Assembly (NCBI GenBank): GCA_041736875.1
Contig: JBGSSV010000131.1
Location: 6,820-70,819 of the forward strand
Length of the DNA: 64,000 nt
Direction: 5' to 3'
From: Chthoniobacterales bacterium
GTDB taxonomy: Bacteria; Verrucomicrobiota; Verrucomicrobiia; Chthoniobacterales; JACTMZ01
Shown here: positions 58,366 through 64,000 of the stretch, one piece after another
Numbering within the stretch: the stretch's first letter is position 1
How the letters are laid out: the number at the start of each line of letters is the position of its first letter
The notes under the pieces: model-generated
Databases searched by the model: none
The model's input: only the letters and a program-made list of their open reading frames with translations
Told to the model about the DNA's origin: nothing
Translations under genes and position numbers: made by a program

Positions 58366-61300
58366 GGTGCCGCCTCCACTTCGACGTTGTTGAGCATTTT
58401 GTCGGCCAGCCCGTCTTCGCCCCAAGCCCCGATCTCCCAGGGATAAAGTTCCTTGCCTGGATCGGGCTGGATCGAGTTGTTCTCCTCGACCAGCCCGCGG
58501 ATCGAAGTCAGCAGCAGGCCCGGTTGGGCTCCGCCCGCCACGAGATTGTCCCGCAAGGTGATGTTCTTGAAGGCGCCGGCGGGTGCAATCGAACCATCAC
58601 CGCCGGTCGCGACGACCGCGATGCCCATGCCGCCGCCGTCGGTGATGCGGTTGCCCGCGATGATCAAATCCTCGGCCAGTCCGGCTTCCATCCACCAGTA
58701 TTCCGGAGTCACGCTGATGCCGGTCATGCGTGATCCCTCGATGTGATTGTTGGTGATCTCGCCGCGGCCGGCCTTGACAATGATGCCGCGCGAACGGTTC
58801 TGCCCGATGTGGCAGTTGCGGATAGCCAGGCCGTTCCCGATGGCGGCGGCGCTGCAGATCAGCGTGCCCGGCTCGACGTCCGACGCTGCGTCAAGAGTGA
58901 CAAGGAAGGCGGAATCCATGGCGTCCTTGCGCAAGTCCTCGTTCAGATTTTTCCCCAGCAGCATTGCGCGTTCCTCTGCGGTGATGGGGCCGTCGGCAGC
59001 GATCGAAGTCACGCGACGGTCGTCCGGTCTCCGCCCGTCCTCGGTGAAGAGTTGGACTTTGTCGTTCACTTGCAGGGTCATGGTCGATTTGGCGAGCACG
59101 CGCAGCGTGGAGCCCTCGACCCGGGTGATGTAGTGGAAGTCGCCGTTGACCGCAATGGCGTCATCGCCCATGAAGAAGGCGGAGCATTTGTCGTAGGTTG
59201 GTCCGCTCCGCGCGTTCTTTGAGTGGAACGCATCCGCATTCATCGAGCGCAGGCGCCGATGGCTGCGCAGGCGTGAATCCTCTCCGGGGGCGCGGCGGTC
59301 GATGCGGCAATTCCGATAACGCGAGCCCTCGCAACCGTTCTCGAGGAAGCCGAAGCTGTTGCTGGCATAGAGGGTGATATCCTCCAGAACCAGACCCTTG
59401 CTCCTGGTGGCGTAAACGGCATGGGGAATGCTGCCTCCGGGCGCGAAACTTGTCTTGATGACGGCGATATCGCCCACTTGCTCCGTGGCAAAATCTCCGC
59501 CTGTGCTCGATTTGATCAGCACCGCCCGCGCCGGGCCGTCGGGTTCACAGCGCGTGCTGTAGTAAGTGAGGCGGCCGCGCAGGCTGTCCGTGGCGGGATC
59601 GAAAATTTCCACCGATCCAATCGTGGCCACGGGCTCGGGGTAGCCCTCGAAAATTTCCACCTCCAGGCGGCTCTTGTCGGCCGAGATCGCGGTGATGCGC
59701 CCCTGGGTGTAGGGCAGCGGATCATAGTCGATGGTCAGTCCACGGATCGTGAGATTTTCGCAGTCGTCGATGGTGAGCGCGCGCGTCGTTTGCGTGCAGA
59801 GCATCTCCACGCCGTCGGCGATGATGACGGTGTCCTTGAGTCCGCGAAGACGCAGGTGCTGCTGTTGGACCGGGCCGACGCGGTAGCGCCCGGGCGGGAT
59901 GACGATCTGCTTGAGGCCCGCGGCCACCGCCTCCGCGATCAGGTTAGGGAGCGCGTCCAGATTGCCCTCGGTTCTGGGCGCGGGCCCCGGCGCCATGACC
60001 GCCTGAACGCGGAAGAACTCTCGGTTGGTCGCGGCGACGGCAAACTCCTTCCTCTCGTAGTCCGCAGGAGCGGGAAGGCCGGCCTGGTTGTCCGCGTTGG
60101 TGATCGTCACCGCCGCGTTGGTCCAGGGCCCGTTGACCAGGTTCGTGGTCGCCTGCACCACGTAATCCACGCCACCCGGCGGGCTTTTGCGCGCGACGTA
60201 GCTGAAAACCGTTTCGGCGCCGGTGCTCCTCGCGGTGAGCAAGGTGCCGTCTCCGCCCACCGGATTGCCGGCAAACGCCAGCTCCACGGTGTTGTTGAAG
60301 GTGTCCGCATCCGGGTCAGCCGATCCCGCCGTGTCGGTGAAGCTTGGGTCCACCTCCTGCCAATCGCCGACCCACTCCGCATAGTGGTCCGTGACGGCAG
60401 ACTGCACGGTGAGAACGCCGTTGGACTGGGCGAAAACGTAGGTGGCGTTGTTGGTCGTGTTGGTCCACAGGCCCCCGCTGCCGCTGAAACCGCTGACCAG
60501 GAAATTTGGGCCGTAGGAGTTGGTGAGGCCCGGGGCCACGATGGTCCAGGTGTCGCCCGTGCGGTTGGACGCACCGCTCAGGTCGAACTCGAACCGCCCG
60601 TCATTGTGCACGGTCCCTGTGCCACGGAGGAAGTTGTCGAGCCCCGGGGCGCCGATGGCGAATCGCATGACGGCGTTCTCAGCGAGTGTGAGCGAACCCT
60701 CGCCAACGATCAGCTGGCCTGTCTGGGTGTTTGTTCCGCGCAGCACGAGTGTGCCCGCGCCGGTCTTGTTCAGGCTGCCAATGCCCGCGACTTGACCGGC
60801 AAAGAACAGAGTCCCGGCGCCCCGGGGGTCCACCCGCACTGTGGCCGTGCCTCCGCCCAAAATGAGGTTGCCCCGCAGGGTCTGAGGGTTGGTGGCGAAG
60901 GTGCTGGCGAGCTCGGCCCCGCCCGCGAGGACGATGTTCTCGCTGTTGGTCAAAGCCGAGGAGGTGTTGTTGAAAAATTGCAGGCTTGCGTTGGAGGCCA
61001 CCAACGTGGCCGCGTTGGCGTCGCCGAAAGGTGTGCTGCTGTTCACCGCCACCACGCTGCCCTCCTCGACTCTGAGCGTCCCCAGGGAGGTTGTGCCTAT
61101 GTTGATGATGAATTGGTTGGTGCCGACCTTGGTCAGAGTGTTGGTGCCGCCGCTGATGACCGTGCCTCCGAACGAGGTGTCGAAGCGCGCCGTGCCCCCG
61201 ACCGACGCGTCCGCGCTCAAGGCCAGCCGGAACCCCGAGGCGGAGTTGCTGCCGAGGTTGACCAGTGCGCCCTTGCCCCCCATGCCCGCACCGCTGACGG

Positions 61301-61772
61301 TGACCGTTTCGCCCCCGAGGCTGCGCGCGTTGAGGTCGAGGGTTGCGCCGTTCTCGACCGTGGTGCCGCCGGTGGTGAGGCCCAAGGCGTTGCTGTTGCC
61401 CACCCGCAGGAGGCCCTGCGAAATGATCGTAATGCCGTTGTAGCTGTTGGAGGCGGATAGGGCCAGGGTGCCTCCGCCGGATTTGGTCAGTCCGGCCGTG
61501 CCGCTGCTGTTGGAGAGCCTGCCGGTCATGGTCGCCGTGTTCGTCGGCACCGTGACGGTGAGATTGGTCCCGCCCAGATCGATGGCGTTGGTGAAGACAA
61601 GGTTGGTGCTGTTGTTCGGCGGGGTAAGTATCAGATTCGTGGAACCCTTGGCCAGCCCGCCAGCGGCGAAGAAACAGACCAAGGGAGCCAGCCAAAAGAG
61701 GGTAAGGGCGGGGAAATTCGGAGGAAGGAAATCGAGGACACCCCTCGGTGGAAATTTCCCGCCGTTCCTCAT
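58362..61772 (-). CDS. chimeric secreted protein: autotransporter-repeat stalk + internal 'C-terminal' domain + GH110-like beta-helix
   Basis: N-terminal part aligns by eye with the C-terminal ~600 aa of 47875-50901; C-terminal part aligns with 61769-63619 (RSMNADAFHSKNAR.GP…GDDA.A.NGDFH). Confidence 0.88.
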   Translation of the reverse strand: MRNGGKFPPRGVLDFLPPNFPALTLFWLAPLVCFFAAGGLAKGSTNLILTPPNNSTNLVFTNAIDLGGTNLTVTVPTNTATMTGRLSNSSGTAGLTKSGGGTLALSASNSYNGITIISQGLLRVGNSNALGLTTGGTTVENGATLDLNARSLGGETVTVSGAGMGGKGALVNLGSNSASGFRLALSADASVGGTARFDTSFGGTVISGGTNTLTKVGTNQFIINIGTTSLGTLRVEEGSVVAVNSSTPFGDANAATLVASNASLQFFNNTSSALTNSENIVLAGGAELASTFATNPQTLRGNLILGGGTATVRVDPRGAGTLFFAGQVAGIGSLNKTGAGTLVLRGTNTQTGQLIVGEGSLTLAENAVMRFAIGAPGLDNFLRGTGTVHNDGRFEFDLSGASNRTGDTWTIVAPGLTNSYGPNFLVSGFSGSGGLWTNTTNNATYVFAQSNGVLTVQSAVTDHYAEWVGDWQEVDPSFTDTAGSADPDADTFNNTVELAFAGNPVGGDGTLLTARSTGAETVFSYVARKSPPGGVDYVVQATTNLVNGPWTNAAVTITNADNQAGLPAPADYERKEFAVAATNREFFRVQAVMAPGPAPRTEGNLDALPNLIAEAVAAGLKQIVIPPGRYRVGPVQQQHLRLRGLKDTVIIADGVEMLCTQTTRALTIDDCENLTIRGLTIDYDPLPYTQGRITAISADKSRLEVEIFEGYPEPVATIGSVEIFDPATDSLRGRLTYYSTRCEPDGPARAVLIKSSTGGDFATEQVGDIAVIKTSFAPGGSIPHAVYATRSKGLVLEDITLYASNSFGFLENGCEGSRYRNCRIDRRAPGEDSRLRSHRRLRSMNADAFHSKNARSGPTYDKCSAFFMGDDAIAVNGDFHYITRVEGSTLRVLAKSTMTLQVNDKVQLFTEDGRRPDDRRVTSIAADGPITAEERAMLLGKNLNEDLRKDAMDSAFLVTLDAASDVEPGTLICSAAAIGNGLAIRNCHIGQNRSRGIIVKAGRGEITNNHIEGSRMTGISVTPEYWWMEAGLAEDLIIAGNRITDGGGMGIAVVATGGDGSIAPAGAFKNITLRDNLVAGGAQPGLLLTSIRGLVEENNSIQPDPGKELYPWEIGAWGEDGLADKMLNNVEVEAAP

Positions 61773-63619
61773 GGCTGGCCGGCCGGTTCGACGTTGACCC
61801 GCATTTCCGGTTCGAGGCCCCCGCGGCCCCAGACGCCGATTTCCCAAGGATTGAGTTCCTTGTCCGGGTCGGGCCGGATCGTGTTGTTTTCTTCGACCAG
61901 ACCGCGGATCGAGGTAAGCAGGAGTCCCGGTTGGGCGCCGCCCTCGATGGTGTTGTTGATCAGCTTGATGTTGTTGAAGGCTCCGGCCGGAGCCAACGTG
62001 CCATCGCCGCCCACCGCAACGATCGCGATGCCCATGCCGCGACCCTCGGTGATGACATTGTCCGCGATGATCAAGTCATCCGCCATGCCGGCCTCTAGCC
62101 ACCAGTATTCCGGTGAGATCAAGATGCCGCTCATCACGGAACCGGTGATTTTGTTGCCGGTGATTTCGCCGCGGCCGGCCTTGACGAGGATGCCACGCGA
62201 GCGGTTCCAGCCGAGTCGGCAATTGCGGATGGAGAAGCCGTTTCCGATGCCGTCGGCGTCGCAAATGGCGGTCGCTAATCCGACGCCTTCCGCCTCGGCA
62301 TCCAGCACCACGCGGTAGGCGTCGTTAAGTGATTCGCGCTTCATGTTCGGGTTGAGGTTGCGACTGATCAAATCCTCGCGCTCCTCCTTGGTGATTTGGC
62401 CGTCGGGCTCGATCGAAACAATGCGGCGGTTGGCGGGTCGCTTTCCCTCGACCGTGAGAAACTGCACGGTGTCGCCTGCGCGCATCCGCATGACTTCCTT
62501 GGCCAGCACGCGGAGGGAGGTTCCTTCGGCCTTGGTCACAAAGTGGAAATCGCCATTGATCGCGAAGGCGTCGTCGCCCTGGTGGAAGGCCACGCACTCC
62601 TCATACGACGGCCCCTGCCGTGCGTTCTTCGAATGGAAGGCGTCGGCGTTCATCGAGCGCAAGCGGGGCATGGCGCGGACCACCGGGTCGCTCTCGGGCG
62701 CAAGGCGTTCCACCCGGCAGCGGAGGTAGCGCGAGTTGTTGCAGCTGTTCTCGAAGAACCCGAAGGTCGGGCCGGAGTGCAGAGTGATGTCTTGAAAGAC
62801 CAGTCCCTCGCTGTCTGACGCCATGATGGCATGAGGCTGGAAGCCGCCGGGCGCATACTTCACGCTGATCACCGCGATATCGCCGACACGCTCGAAGGCA
62901 AACTCTTCGGTGTTGCGGGCCTTGGTGATGACGGCGCGCATCGGGCCATCCATCGTGCAGTTCGCGGCGTAGTGGGTGATCCGGGCGCGGAGCCGCCCGG
63001 TCTCCGGGTTGAAGATCTCGATCGAGCCGTTCACCTCGCCGGGTTCGGCGTAACCGTCGATGATTTCGGTCGTGAAGCGTTTGGTGTCCTCCGAGATCTC
63101 CACGATCCGTCCTTGGGTGAAGGGGAGGGGATCGTAGTCAATGGTGAGGCCTCGGAGGGTGAGGTTGCGGCAGTTCTTGATGGTGATTGCCCGGGTGGTC
63201 TCGGTGCAGACCATCTCGACTCCGTCCATCACCAGCGTCACATCCTCCAAGCCCTCCAGGAGCAAGTGAGCCATGTTTTGTGGAACGACGCGGTAACGTC
63301 CGGGAGGGACAGTGACCGTCTTCTCCCCCGCGGCAAGGGCGCTGGTGATGATCTCCCGCAGGTCGGCCAGAACCTCCCCCGCAGCAGGTGCCAGCGCGGG
63401 GGCTGGGGCGGGTTGTGGCGTTGCCGTTGGTTGGACCGGAGTAGTGGCTGGGGAGGTTGGCACGGAGTGGGCAGTTTCCGCGGGTGCCGACACCACGGAA
63501 TTGGCTGGTGGTTCTGGCTCGGCGGCCGGCGGCGGCGCTGCGGGAGGTTGGCGGCAGCCAGCGCAGGCCAGTGCGGCCAGGCACGTGAGGGTGAGGAGAT
63601 GGTGGGTCTTGGATTCCAT
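61769..63619 (-). CDS. lipoprotein with Pro/Ala linker and GH110-like beta-helix domain
   Basis: LACAGC lipobox, Pro-rich spacer, PPGRYR, GLTIDYDPLPFTQG and NADAFH…GDD. Confidence 0.88.
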   Translation of the reverse strand: MESKTHHLLTLTCLAALACAGCRQPPAAPPPAAEPEPPANSVVSAPAETAHSVPTSPATTPVQPTATPQPAPAPALAPAAGEVLADLREIITSALAAGEKTVTVPPGRYRVVPQNMAHLLLEGLEDVTLVMDGVEMVCTETTRAITIKNCRNLTLRGLTIDYDPLPFTQGRIVEISEDTKRFTTEIIDGYAEPGEVNGSIEIFNPETGRLRARITHYAANCTMDGPMRAVITKARNTEEFAFERVGDIAVISVKYAPGGFQPHAIMASDSEGLVFQDITLHSGPTFGFFENSCNNSRYLRCRVERLAPESDPVVRAMPRLRSMNADAFHSKNARQGPSYEECVAFHQGDDAFAINGDFHFVTKAEGTSLRVLAKEVMRMRAGDTVQFLTVEGKRPANRRIVSIEPDGQITKEEREDLISRNLNPNMKRESLNDAYRVVLDAEAEGVGLATAICDADGIGNGFSIRNCRLGWNRSRGILVKAGRGEITGNKITGSVMSGILISPEYWWLEAGMADDLIIADNVITEGRGMGIAIVAVGGDGTLAPAGAFNNIKLINNTIEGGAQPGLLLTSIRGLVEENNTIRPDPDKELNPWEIGVWGRGGLEPEMRVNVEPAGQP

Positions 63620-63624
63620 GAAGA

Positions 63625-63999
63625 TCAATAATTTCCGTTGCAGAACTTCCAACGTTTCTCAAAAACGTTGCCGATGGGCACATTTTCCTCCGGCATGCGC
63701 GCCCATTCCTCCGCTGTGTGGGCCGTCACGCGGCCGTCTGCCCAGAGCACGTGGCCCCGGCCATTGTGCCTCGTGGCAAAGGATGTGCCGTTGCTCTGCG
63801 ATGCATTCGGATCAAAGACGTTGGCGAGACCGCCGTAAAAGTTGTTCTGGAAAACGACGTCGATCAGCACCGGAAGTTTGGCCAGCCGCTGCACGGCGGA
63901 GACGCGGTCCACGTTGTGATTGTTGGCTTTGAAAGTATCCCGGTTGCTGTTCAATTGGGCATTGTAACCATAATGCATCGGATACCGTGGGTCGCTGGG
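63625..63999 (-). CDS. prepilin-like H-X9-DG (DUF1559-type) protein, 3' part only
   Basis: Frame is open to the window edge; HYGYN and RHNGRGHVLWADG (H-X9-DG) motifs. Confidence 0.85.
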   Translation of the reverse strand, partial: PSDPRYPMHYGYNAQLNSNRDTFKANNHNVDRVSAVQRLAKLPVLIDVVFQNNFYGGLANVFDPNASQSNGTSFATRHNGRGHVLWADGRVTAHTAEEWARMPEENVPIGNVFEKRWKFCNGNY

Positions 64000-64000
64000 C

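Overview
High-GC bacterial window, most likely from a Verrucomicrobiota genome. This is an inference from the TIGR04073-type protein, the DUF4032-type small protein, the H-X9-DG pilin-like gene and the autotransporter-repeat proteins carrying a verrucomicrobial-type C-terminal domain. The window has two halves separated by tRNA-Lys(UUU) at 32834-32905. The left half (1-32.8 kb) is housekeeping: argH, NUDIX, tatC, a decayed Phd/VapC islet with a nucleosidase, a stand-alone rpoA-rplQ unit with a structured leader, ruvA plus an ATP-grasp-like gene, holA, uvrB, panB/folK, ctpA-tsaD, rpoN-mrp, pyrR-pyrB-pyrC-tgt, an HNH gene, a TPR coiled-coil gene, pfkA, ilvD, a membrane/TPR gene and bcp. The right half (33.1-64 kb) is an entirely minus-strand glycan-utilisation island with no SusC/SusD pair in the window. 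It contains an H-X9-DG (DUF1559-type) pilin-like gene, five GH110-like beta-helix paralogues, a sugar ABC transporter, GH36/Sip1, a GH28-like gene, two sulfatases and three esterases. It also has two barrel-less autotransporter-repeat, TN-rich proteins that share an uncharacterised ~130-aa domain, and in one of them this stalk is fused to an enzyme. The best candidate for an undescribed system is this pilin-like/stalk/ABC glycan-capture architecture and its apparent sorting domain. All family assignments come from recognising motifs by eye; no database searches were run.
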